NCBI GenBank assembly: GCA_963745035.1
Contig: CAVUVW010000021.1
Location: 256,001-320,000, forward strand
Source of the DNA: an uncultured delta proteobacterium
Lineage (GTDB): Bacteria; Desulfobacterota; Binatia; UBA9968
DNA length: 64,000 nt
Reading direction: 5' to 3'
The notes below the pieces were generated by a model. The model was not told the DNA's origin and did no database searches. It saw nothing but the letters and a program-made list of their open reading frames with translations. Every line of letters begins with the position of its first letter. Positions within the stretch are counted from its first letter, which is position 1. Shown here piece by piece: positions 19,172 to 30,276 of this stretch. Made by a program: the position numbers and the translations under genes.

Positions 19172-19372
19172 ATGGCAGCCGGCAAAGTAAAATGGTTCAA
19201 CAATGCCAAAGGTTACGGCTTCATCGAGAAGGAAGGAGGTGGTGACGTCTTCGTACACTACAGCGCTATCCAAGGTGAAGGTTTTAAGACTTTGAATGAA
19301 GGCGAGAATGTAGAATTCGAAATTGCGCAAGGCGATAAAGGCCCGCAAGCAGTCAACGTTGTAAAGCGCTGA
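19172..19372 (+). CDS. Cold-shock protein (CspA family)
   Basis: [29 protein letters not shown]. Confidence 0.95.
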   Translation: MAAGKVKWFNNAKGYGFIEKEGGGDVFVHYSAIQGEGFKTLNEGENVEFEIAQGDKGPQAVNVVKR

Positions 19373-19583
19373 ATCGAAAAATGGTTCGCGGCGGGCGCAG
19401 GGCTACATTGCTATTTTTTTCACTCGTAGGCCGAGTTCCTGGCGTTTGCGAAACACTTTCCCTGGCGGATCATCGCTGCGCTGCGCCACTCGCGGCGCGG
19501 CTTGAGCATTGCCGCGCTTCCGTTTTCAATCGGTCCGTGGCTTCCTGGTGGCAATATCCTCGATAAGTGATACATAGATTAAC

Positions 19584-20084
19584 ATGGAGCCAACGTTACA
19601 ATCGCGCTTCGGACAAGACAAGCTGCTTGCCGAAACCGTGGTATTGACCCGCCTCGATAAGGCGGTCGGTTGGGCGCGCAAATATTCGCTGTTCCCGTAT
19701 CCCTTCGCCACCGCCTGTTGCGCGATGGAATATATGTCGCTGTCGATGTCGCCTTACGATATCGACCGCTTCGGCGCGCTGCTTCCCCGGTTCAGCCCGA
19801 GGCAAGCCGATCTTTTGATGGTGATCGGAACGGTCAATCACAAGCTATCGCCGGTGCTCAAGCGGGTCTATGAACAGATGTCGGAGCCCAAATGGGTGAT
19901 GGCCTTCGGCGCCTGCGCCGCGAGCGGTGGTTTCTACGATAACTATGCCACTGTGCAAGGCATCGATCGGATCATTCCGGTTGACGTCTATGTGCCGGGC
20001 TGCCCGCCCAGACCCGAGGCCGTCCTCGATGGTTTAATGGAGTTGCAAGGTCGCATCGCTGCGCAAAAGCACCCTCTCGGCTAG
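19584..20084 (+). CDS. nuoB: NADH-quinone oxidoreductase subunit B
   Basis: ATACCAME, FSPRQAD, FGACAASGG, VPGCPPRPE. Confidence 0.92.
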   Translation: MEPTLQSRFGQDKLLAETVVLTRLDKAVGWARKYSLFPYPFATACCAMEYMSLSMSPYDIDRFGALLPRFSPRQADLLMVIGTVNHKLSPVLKRVYEQMSEPKWVMAFGACAASGGFYDNYATVQGIDRIIPVDVYVPGCPPRPEAVLDGLMELQGRIAAQKHPLG

Positions 20085-20148
20085 CCGCGCGCTTGATCGC
20101 CTTCGGCGCCGCCCGGCTGGCGGGAGCGCCGCGTGGATGTTTATTCAC

Positions 20149-20436
20149 ATGGCCTCGGACGAAAAAGACCCGCTCGCTTCGCCGCGCGGCGATTTCTATC
20201 ATCAGGGGGTCGTCACCAAGCTGTTTCCTTCCAACAACACGGGCGTGGTGCGCACGGAAAGCGGCCGCGAACTGACATTTTCCTACGACCTGGTGATCCT
20301 TTCTGGTGAGGCGAAATCTCCGCTCGAGCTTAAAGTCGGCGAAACCGTCGGATACGATCTGGGATGGACCTCGAACGGACTGCGCATCACGAAGCTAAAA
20401 ACCTACCCTAAGAAGCCGGAGCCGAAATCCCCATAA
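20149..20436 (+). CDS. Hypothetical small beta-rich (CSD/OB-fold-like) protein
   Basis: GVVTKLF...GVVRTESG...LKVGETVGYDL pattern resembles a cold-shock/OB fold. Confidence 0.55.
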   Translation: MASDEKDPLASPRGDFYHQGVVTKLFPSNNTGVVRTESGRELTFSYDLVILSGEAKSPLELKVGETVGYDLGWTSNGLRITKLKTYPKKPEPKSP

Positions 20437-20437
20437 G

Positions 20438-21268
20438 CTAAAAAGGCAAAGCCGTGAGCGCGAGGATCTGGCGTCCGAGAATCTCTCCGACGAAGACTCC
20501 CAGCAGCGCGATATAGAACAAGCCCGTAGCCGCCATCGTGTGCGGGATGAGCAAAGTTCGCCAGATCATCCAGGAGAGTATCAGCGGAGCGCCTTGGCCG
20601 ACGATCACCCGGGTAACAACGAGCGTCGAGTGGCGCGCCCAGAGCTGCTCCAGCGCCGCAGCGCTCGGCGGCGCGCCCAGCAAATAAAGGGCGAGGGGCG
20701 CGATCAGGAAAAAAACGCCCTGGACGATCAGCGCGATCACGAAAAATCGAAAAATTCGGACGAACGGCTCCAGGCTCTGCCCGGTGTCGATCAAATACCA
20801 GTGGCCGATCAGCATGCCGACCGTGACGCTGCCGAGCAGCAGCGAGGAGAGAAAGAAAGTTGTCGGATAGACGAGGGTCTCGATGGAAAGAAGCGGCGCT
20901 TCGTAGAAGCCGTGAGCGCTGAAAACGAGACCGGCCAAGCCGGTCAAAACACTCGCCGCGAAGCTACGCGCGCGGAACACCTGCCGCTCGCTCCACAAAG
21001 AAATCATGTAGCACGAGAAAGCGAGCAGGAACGCCACATGGAAGAAAACCTCGAGAACGATTCCCCACGTCACGCCGCCGGCGAAGCTTTGCAAATAAAG
21101 CGCGCTTTTGCCCCACAAGCCGAGCAGCGCGATGACATAAAGGACGCCGGCCGTGGATTTGTAAAATCCCCGTTCGATCTCGTGAAACGGTGTGCCGGCC
21201 AAAGCGAAAAGGCCGCCCAAGGCGATTTGATAAAAGAAGATAAGAAAACTGCTCGAGAAGCCGCGCAT
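20438..21268 (-). CDS. Polytopic membrane protein of unknown function
   Basis: About 8 hydrophobic segments; MLIGHWYL and ATGLFYIA...GE motifs; directly downstream of ubiE. Confidence 0.7.
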   Translation of the reverse strand: MRGFSSSFLIFFYQIALGGLFALAGTPFHEIERGFYKSTAGVLYVIALLGLWGKSALYLQSFAGGVTWGIVLEVFFHVAFLLAFSCYMISLWSERQVFRARSFAASVLTGLAGLVFSAHGFYEAPLLSIETLVYPTTFFLSSLLLGSVTVGMLIGHWYLIDTGQSLEPFVRIFRFFVIALIVQGVFFLIAPLALYLLGAPPSAAALEQLWARHSTLVVTRVIVGQGAPLILSWMIWRTLLIPHTMAATGLFYIALLGVFVGEILGRQILALTALPF

Positions 21269-21273
21269 GAAGA

Positions 21274-22005
21274 TCAGACCTGCCCCGATCCGCGCTTGCG
21301 GGCGATATGGATGCACACCGCGCCGCCCAGATATTTTTGCACGGTCACATCTTCGAAACCGGTCTGCCGGATCAGCTCGGCGACTTTCTCCGGAGGATGA
21401 AATCGACGCACGGAATCGGACAGGTAGCGATAGGCCTGACGGTCCTGCGCGAGCAAGCCACCGATGCGCGGCATCAAGCAATGAAAATAGACCGAATAGA
21501 GGGCGGAGAACCACGTCGCGGGCGGCGGGAACATATCGAGTGAAACGAACCTGCCGCCGGGCTTCAGCACGCGATGGGCCTCGGCGAAAAAGAGCGACAA
21601 GTCGGAAACATTGCGCAGCACGAACGCGCTCATGGCGCCGTCGAAAGCGTTGCTTTTGAACGGCGCGATCATGGCGTTTGCCAAAATAAACTCGGTGTTG
21701 CCGCGCAGCGCCGATCGGCTCCGCTTGGCGCGCGCCAAACGGAGCATCGCCGGCGCGAAATCCAAGCCGATAAATCGGCCCCGGCCGCGCGCCGCCTCCG
21801 CGGCCTCGAAAACCAAATCGCCGGTGCCGGTGCCGAGGTCGAGCACGCGAGAGCCGGCGCCGGCAAGCGCCGCTTCAATCACTCGCCGTCGCCAGCGGCG
21901 ATCGAGGCGAAAGCTGATGACGCGGTTGAGCAAGTCATAGCGACCGGCGATCCGGTCGAACATGGTCTGCACGATACGATCGCGCGAAGGATTTTCACCG
22001 GACAT
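21274..22005 (-). CDS. ubiE: Ubiquinone/menaquinone biosynthesis C-methyltransferase UbiE/MenG
   Basis: MFDRIAGRYDLLNRVIS, LDLGTGTGD, FVLRNV, AYRYLSDS. Confidence 0.9.
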   Translation of the reverse strand: MSGENPSRDRIVQTMFDRIAGRYDLLNRVISFRLDRRWRRRVIEAALAGAGSRVLDLGTGTGDLVFEAAEAARGRGRFIGLDFAPAMLRLARAKRSRSALRGNTEFILANAMIAPFKSNAFDGAMSAFVLRNVSDLSLFFAEAHRVLKPGGRFVSLDMFPPPATWFSALYSVYFHCLMPRIGGLLAQDRQAYRYLSDSVRRFHPPEKVAELIRQTGFEDVTVQKYLGGAVCIHIARKRGSGQV

Positions 22006-22043
22006 GCGGAGAAGCGAGCTCACAGAACGAGGTGAGCGAGGAG

Positions 22044-23090
22044 TTAAAAATCCCGGTCGATGATGAGCTGGACTAGACTCTTTAAACCGTTGCGGTATTT
22101 CGACGCGGGAAGCTTTTTCACCGACGCCAGCGCCACTTCGGCGTAGCGCTTCGAGAGCGCTTTGGCTTCTTGAATGGCGGCGCTGCTCTTGATGGCGGCG
22201 AGCGCCGCCACGATCTGTTGCTCGCTGGGTTTGCTGCAATCGAAAGCTTCGCGCACGGCGCCGTCGCCATTCTTCACCGCGAGGATGATCGGCAACGCCG
22301 GGTTGCCGTCGCGCAGGTCCATGCCGGTGGGCTTGCCGAGAAGATCGGGGTGGCCGACCACGTCGAGAATATCGTCGACCATTTGAAAGGCGATCCCCAT
22401 GTTAAGCCCGTAGCGCTCGGTCTCGTCGATGAGAGCGGGACGGGCGCCCGCCAGGTAGGCGCCGACTTTCGCGCCGGTGTGAAACAGCGAGGCGGTCTTG
22501 CGCTTGACGATTTCCAGGTAGTCGTCGAGAGTGACCGCGCGGTTTCGATTGAACAGCCCCTGCAAGATTTCCCCTTCCGTTAGCAAAGTGCAGGCGTCCG
22601 CGGTCCACTGAACCACGGCCTCGTCGAACTTTCCGGCGAACTCGAAGGCTTTGATGAAAAGAAAATCTCCCGCCACCAAGGTCGATTTGAGGCCGAATTT
22701 CTTGTAGGCCGACTCTTTGCCGCGGCGCGTATCCGCGCCGTCGATGATGTCGTCGTGCAGCAGTGTCGCAGTGTGAATGAGCTCGATGGCGGTGGCGATA
22801 TCGACGATGTCCTGAACACGCTTGCCGCCGAACGCGCGATACGCGAGCAGGGTCACCATCGGCCGCACGCGCTTGCCGCCGCTGTGGACCAGATGGGCGG
22901 AGATGTCAGTCAAATCGCGCTCGCGCGAGCGAATCGCGCGAATGAGGTTTTCTTCGACGAGCTTGAGCTCCTCGGCGACGCAGCCGAAGGGATCGTCGGC
23001 ACCGCGCAGCAGAGCGATGTCGGGAGGGGTGGGCACAACCTTGCGATCGCTCTCAAGCTTCTGAGTTTTGGGTTCGTGAATCAGAGACAC
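22044..23090 (-). CDS. Long-chain polyprenyl diphosphate synthase
   Basis: GGKRVRP, LLHDDIID, KTASLF, FQMVDDILD. Confidence 0.9.
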   Translation of the reverse strand: MSLIHEPKTQKLESDRKVVPTPPDIALLRGADDPFGCVAEELKLVEENLIRAIRSRERDLTDISAHLVHSGGKRVRPMVTLLAYRAFGGKRVQDIVDIATAIELIHTATLLHDDIIDGADTRRGKESAYKKFGLKSTLVAGDFLFIKAFEFAGKFDEAVVQWTADACTLLTEGEILQGLFNRNRAVTLDDYLEIVKRKTASLFHTGAKVGAYLAGARPALIDETERYGLNMGIAFQMVDDILDVVGHPDLLGKPTGMDLRDGNPALPIILAVKNGDGAVREAFDCSKPSEQQIVAALAAIKSSAAIQEAKALSKRYAEVALASVKKLPASKYRNGLKSLVQLIIDRDF

Positions 23091-23271
23091 TCCGCGCGCC
23101 GGCCAAGAAGCTAGCAGGAAAATGGCATAGATCCCAAGCCCGGTCAAGCCAACTTTGCGCTACAACTTTTGTGCGATCGCCGCGTCGTTCACCCATGCGC
23201 CGGCATTGTGCGCGCGCGCCGGGCAAGAGCGAGAAACGTGCGCTCCACGGCGACAAAGCGGCGGTTTTTTC

Positions 23272-23301
23272 TTGACAAAATCGCGCGTCCCCGAATATAA
23301 A
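23272..23301 (+). promoter_or_regulatory. Sigma70-like promoter
   Basis: TTGACA-18 nt-TATAAA upstream of 23371. Confidence 0.5.
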
Positions 23302-23370
23302 ACAGCTATCAACTTGGGGTTTGTTCCTTTGATGTAAGTCAAATGGAGCGGAAGAAGGAGGGGAGAGCTC

Positions 23371-24066
23371 ATGGAGTTTACGTTGTTCGTCTTGCGCTGG
23401 ATTCATTTTCTCGCCGGAATCACGTGGATCGGGATTCTCTATTACTTCAATTTCGTGCAGACGCCCTTTTTCGCGGAAACCGAACCGGCCGTGAGGACCG
23501 GCGCGGTGCAAAAGCTTTTGCCGCGCGCTTTGTGGTGGTTTCGTTGGGGCGCGATGATCACGGTCATCGCGGGTCTCCTGATCTACATCATGCGCATGAG
23601 TGAAATGGGCACCGGGCTCTTTTATTCGTCGCCGTACGGCGTGACGATTACCGTGGGTGGTTTGATGGGTATCGTCATGTTTCTCAACGTCTGGCTGGTG
23701 ATCTGGCCCAATCAGCAGATCGTGATCGCTTCCACCAATCAGGTCGCATCCGGCGGCCAGGCGCTGCCGGCCGCGGCCGGCGCGGCCAGGCGCGGCGCGC
23801 TCACATCGAGAACCAATACCGTTTTCTCGATCCCGATGTTGTTTTACATGGGCGCCGCCAGCCATTATCCGTCCATGGTCGGCCAGGCGCCTTCGCGCGC
23901 ATTTTATTGGATTCTCGTCTTCATCATCATCGGCGCCGTTGAAGCGAATTGTCTTTACGGCACTCAAGGTCCGACCAAGCAGCCGCTGGATTCGATCAAA
24001 GGCGCGTTGTGGTTCGGCTTCCTGCTCACCGGTATCTTTTTTCTGTTGACGCTCGCGCTCACTTGA
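23371..24066 (+). CDS. Membrane protein with Urate_ox_N / PuuD-like N-terminal domain (no fused cytochrome c)
   Basis: RWIHFLAGITWIGILYYFN, WWFRWGA, NVWLVIWPNQ, SRTNTVFSIPMLFYM. Confidence 0.75.
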   Translation: MEFTLFVLRWIHFLAGITWIGILYYFNFVQTPFFAETEPAVRTGAVQKLLPRALWWFRWGAMITVIAGLLIYIMRMSEMGTGLFYSSPYGVTITVGGLMGIVMFLNVWLVIWPNQQIVIASTNQVASGGQALPAAAGAARRGALTSRTNTVFSIPMLFYMGAASHYPSMVGQAPSRAFYWILVFIIIGAVEANCLYGTQGPTKQPLDSIKGALWFGFLLTGIFFLLTLALT

Positions 24067-24079
24067 GCGCGAGCGCCAG

Positions 24080-24418
24080 TTAACGAAGATACGCTGCCAG
24101 ATAAGGGATCTCTTCCTTTAGAAACGGGAACTGCGGCATGACTTGGGTGGGCCGCTTGGGTTTATAACCCTCAGGGTAAGAAGTAGTCAAAACTCTCGCT
24201 TCGAGCAGTTCTCTCGAAGAACCTTGAATTGCGGGCCCTATAGGGCCCTCTCTCGATGGGTCGCTGTTGTGGCAAGCGACGCAGTTTGCAACATAATTCG
24301 CTCTGCCACGCTGCCAGTCCGCAGATTTTGCAGTTTCGCCTTGATCCGAGTCCCTCGAGCATCCGCTCGCGACCGCTGCCAACAGAGCCGTCGTAAAAAG
24401 CAGCTGCGAGATTTTCAT
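24080..24418 (-). CDS. Monoheme cytochrome c lipoprotein
   Basis: Lipobox ASGC, CVACH, distal VMP. Confidence 0.85.
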   Translation of the reverse strand: MKISQLLFTTALLAAVASGCSRDSDQGETAKSADWQRGRANYVANCVACHNSDPSREGPIGPAIQGSSRELLEARVLTTSYPEGYKPKRPTQVMPQFPFLKEEIPYLAAYLR

Positions 24419-24623
24419 AATTTACACCTCGATCAGCATTTGGATCGCCGGTCATCTCGGCGGTAGCCGGTCGGCCGGTTTTCGCTCGGGTTTCGAGAAT
24501 CTGTAAGCGTCTCTCGCCACCGAACCACAGTCTAACGGCGGAGCGCCGGATCCGCTTAAAAACCGCGGGAAATAGGCTATGGGAGGTTAGAGAAAATCGA
24601 ATTTGTATGTTACGTAATATGCT

Positions 24624-24679
24624 TGGTGCGAAAGAGGGGGAGTCGAACCCCTACGGGAGTTACCCCACAGGATCCTGAA
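24624..24679 (-). repeat. Duplicated 3' half of tRNA-Leu (att core), ending at the anticodon loop
   Basis: tggtgcgaaagaggg(g)gagtcgaacccctacgggagttaccccacaggatcctgaa matches 25983-26037 except one extra G. Confidence 0.95.
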
Positions 24680-24751
24680 AATTGCTTTATGATCCTTCCT
24701 CGCGAAATCATGTGATTTTTATTATAAGTTTTTCGCGAAATCAAACCGCGT

Positions 24752-24769
24752 TGTTCACCTTATGTTCAC
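24752..24769 (+). repeat. TGTTCACCTTATGTTCAC 18-mer (candidate arm-type sites), left end
   Basis: Exact copy at 25912-25929. Confidence 0.7.
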
Positions 24770-24788
24770 CTAGCACCGCGAGGTTTCG

Positions 24789-25402
24789 ATGGCCGAAGAG
24801 AAAAAAGACGGCCCACTGAAGGGTTTGATTTTCGGTGTCGATCTTGACGGGGTTTGCGCCGACTTCTATGGTCGTATGCGAGAGGTAACGGCCGAGTGGT
24901 TTGAGAAAAACGTTGACGACCTTCCGAAAGACGTTAGGTATGGCCTCCCTGAATGGGAGTGAAGGACCTCGATCAGTACCTTAGCATCCATCGCTTCGCT
25001 GTAACGCAGCGCGAGCTTTTCAAAACATCTCAGCTGATTCCGGGAGCGCGCCGAGTCTTGCGATTGCTCTCTGATGAAGAGGCGCGGATCAGGATTGTGA
25101 CGCACCGCCTTTTCATTCACTTTTTTCACAGTCTCGCTGTTGCTCAAACGGTCGAGTGGCTCGACCACCATGGAATCCCATACTGGGACCTTTGTTTCAT
25201 GAAGGCCAAGGAGCAGGTCGGAGCTCATATCTACGTTGATGATGCTCCCGAGAACATCAAAAACGTACGGTCAAAGAATTTTTACACAATTTGCTTCGCT
25301 AACAGTACCAACAAAACCGTGGACGAGCGACGGGCAACTTCTTGGGACCACGTCTACGAGTTGGTGCACGAATGGTGGGCAAAGAATAAACCTGCGGACT
25401 AG
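24789..25402 (+). CDS. HAD-family 5'(3')-deoxyribonucleotidase (NT5C-like), one frameshift near 24955
   Basis: [11 protein letters not shown] (DxD) upstream; [29 protein letters not shown] downstream; adding one G in gaatgggagtg joins the frames. Confidence 0.8.
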
Positions 25403-25445
25403 CCTCCTTATCCTCCATAGTCTAAGGTTTAAAAGCGATGCCAAG

Positions 25446-25475
25446 TTGACATGCGACCCTGAGTTTTGGGATTAT
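25446..25475 (+). promoter_or_regulatory. Sigma70-like promoter for 25485..25796
   Basis: TTGACA-18 nt-GATTAT, then 9 nt to ATG. Confidence 0.5.
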
Positions 25476-25484
25476 CGCCCCGTC

Positions 25485-25796
25485 ATGAAATTCCGTGAGC
25501 ATCCGCTAATGATCCGCAAAAGCGGTATGCCGACATGGCCGCCAGTCTGGACAACGGTACACCGGGACGTTAACGACAGGCCAAACGGAGAAATCGGGAC
25601 TCTTGAAAGTGCGATGATGCACGACCTCTTCGATAGGAAAATTTTCATGTTCATCCGTCATGATGGCAACCGATTCATGGGCTCAATGCACTTCGATGAC
25701 GCCCAGTTCTGTGGCCAGGTTTTTATAATCTTACAGTTCAATATTGGCCGGTCAATAAAAGAAATCGGCGATTTGGACTTAACGCACCTGCTTTAA
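25485..25796 (+). CDS. Hypothetical 103-aa protein (WPP...EIGDL family)
   Basis: MKFREHPLMIRKSGMPTWPPVWTT...GRSIKEIGDLDLTHLL, homologue of 14315..14626. Confidence 0.85.
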   Translation: MKFREHPLMIRKSGMPTWPPVWTTVHRDVNDRPNGEIGTLESAMMHDLFDRKIFMFIRHDGNRFMGSMHFDDAQFCGQVFIILQFNIGRSIKEIGDLDLTHLL

Positions 25797-25870
25797 CTGC
25801 CCTGGTTTTTTAGCTCTTATACAGCCCTCACAGGGTGCCTGATTTCGCCTATCTTTTTTGATAAAGTAGC

Positions 25871-25930
25871 GTGAACACGATATGTTCACGTGAACAGGGA
25901 TTCTGAAGTCCTGTTCACCTTATGTTCACG
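25871..25930. repeat. Cluster of direct and inverted TGTTCAC/GTGAACA motifs, right end
   Basis: gtgaacacgatatgttcacgtgaacaggg...ctgttcaccttatgttcacg, five motif copies. Confidence 0.7.
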
Positions 25931-25982
25931 TTGACGGTTCGAAATCTGATGAGGAATGTGCGAAAAGGAGCTGTAAAAGGAG

Positions 25983-26069
25983 TGGTGCGAAAGAGGGGAG
26001 TCGAACCCCTACGGGAGTTACCCCACAGGATCCTGAATCCTGCGCGTCTACCAATTCCGCCACTTTCGC
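25983..26069 (-). tRNA. tRNA-Leu (CAG)
   Basis: GCGAAAGTGGCGGAATTGGTAGACGCGCAGGATTCAGGATCCTGTGGGGTAACTCCCGTAGGGGTTCGACTCCCCTCTTTCGCACCA, 87 nt with long variable arm. Confidence 0.95.
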
Positions 26070-26149
26070 GCGGCAGCTCAACATCGATCGTGAACTTTAT
26101 CTAACTTGAGGTCGCGACCTTGTCAAGCAACGAGCGCAGATGACGCATC

Positions 26150-26665
26150 ATGAGCAAGATACTCGTCGTTCAGCCTTACAAAATGCTTCAGCACGCCTTG
26201 GTCATCGCGCTCTTTCCCGAGCATCAGGTGAAAATCGTCGAAAAACAGCCAACGGACTGGGCGGCGGAGGATGCCGATCTCGCGATCATCGATGCGGTGG
26301 CGCTGCGCGGCAAAACTTCCACGACTGCGAATGAGCTTCGCGCGCTGGAAAATGGGCGGCTGCCGATCCTCTGGATCGACACCGAGACGAACGCCGGCGA
26401 CGCGCCGTCAAAGCTCGCCCGGCTCACGCCGCCGTTCACAAAGGAAGAGTTAAGGACGGCTGTGGCGGAGCTGCTTCGGCCAGAAGCGCCGCCGACTGGA
26501 GCGAGTGGTGGCCAAGCGCATTCCCCGGCGTCGCATGGGGCAATCGCCGCGATGGCCGGGGCTGACAAAGTTGGCGGCGAGAAGAATATTATCGAGCTCG
26601 TCGACGTATTCGACGAAGCTGCGGAGCGCGGCGGCGAGGGCGGGGCAGCGAGCCGCAGAGACTGA
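26150..26665 (+). CDS. Hypothetical protein with degenerate receiver-like domain
   Basis: KILVV...ADLAIIDA...LPILWI...PPFTKEELRTAV; acidic tail IIELVDV. Confidence 0.55.
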   Translation: MSKILVVQPYKMLQHALVIALFPEHQVKIVEKQPTDWAAEDADLAIIDAVALRGKTSTTANELRALENGRLPILWIDTETNAGDAPSKLARLTPPFTKEELRTAVAELLRPEAPPTGASGGQAHSPASHGAIAAMAGADKVGGEKNIIELVDVFDEAAERGGEGGAASRRD

Positions 26666-26667
26666 AT

Positions 26668-29418
<2,751 letters not shown>

Positions 29419-29421
29419 GCG

Positions 29422-30276
29422 ATGGATATCCATGTGAGCCCGCAGATAGAAAGATTGATCCGCGATGCTCTGGACGAGGACATCGGTGCCGGCGATCTGG
29501 CGACGATGGCGACGATCGCGGCCGAGTCGCGCGGCACCGGATTGTTCCGCGCCAAAAAAGCCGGCGTCGTCGCCGGCTTGGTCTTGCTCGAGCGTATCTT
29601 CTATTTCATCGACCACCGGGTGGAGGTGCGCTTACGCGCCAGGGACGGCGCGGAGGTCAAAGAAGGAATGGTCGTCGCCGAAGCGGTCGGACCGGTGCGC
29701 GCGCTGCTTCTGGCCGAGCGCACCGCGCTCAACTTTCTCCAGCGGCTCTCGGGCAACGCGACGTTGACGCGCAAGTACGTCGAAGCGGTCAAAGATTTCC
29801 CCTGCAAGGTTCTCGACACGAGAAAAACCACGCCCGGCCTGCGCACTCTGGAAAAATACGCCGTACGCATGGGCGGCGGCATGAATCATCGGATCGGTCT
29901 CTACGACGCCGCTTTGGTGAAAGACAACCACATCGAAGCGACCGGCTCGATCGCCGAAGCGGTAAAAGCGGTGCGGCGCCACGCGCCGTTCATGGCGAAG
30001 GTGGAGGTGGAGGCGAGCAGCCTCAAGCAGGTGCAGGAGGCGCTCGATGCCGGGGCGGACGTGATCATGCTCGATAACATGACCCTGGCGCAGATGGCGG
30101 AGGCCGTCAAGCTGGTCGATCATCGCGCGCGCGTCGAGGCCTCCGGCGGCATCACGCTGGAAAACATCCGCCAGGTGGCGGCCACCGGCGTGGACTACAT
30201 CTCGTCGGGCGCGCTGACTCATTCCGCGCCCGTGGTCGATTTCAACATGAAGATCACCATGAATGCCGGCAAGTGA
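29422..30276 (+). CDS. nadC: Quinolinate phosphoribosyltransferase
   Basis: ERTALN, DTRKTTPG, KDNH, MLDNM, EASGG. Confidence 0.95.
   Translation: MDIHVSPQIERLIRDALDEDIGAGDLATMATIAAESRGTGLFRAKKAGVVAGLVLLERIFYFIDHRVEVRLRARDGAEVKEGMVVAEAVGPVRALLLAERTALNFLQRLSGNATLTRKYVEAVKDFPCKVLDTRKTTPGLRTLEKYAVRMGGGMNHRIGLYDAALVKDNHIEATGSIAEAVKAVRRHAPFMAKVEVEASSLKQVQEALDAGADVIMLDNMTLAQMAEAVKLVDHRARVEASGGITLENIRQVAATGVDYISSGALTHSAPVVDFNMKITMNAGK

Larger units (their letters stand above)
24624..26037. mobile_element. About 1.36-kb tRNA-Leu-integrated mini-island with no integrase gene
   Basis: tRNA 3' direct repeats, TGTTCAC arrays inside both ends, two cargo genes, visibly more AT-rich than the flanks. Confidence 0.85.

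Noticed and set aside
24957-24965. TGA in the NT5C gene as selenocysteine or read-through
   Set aside because: The downstream domain is in a different frame, so read-through would not restore the protein.
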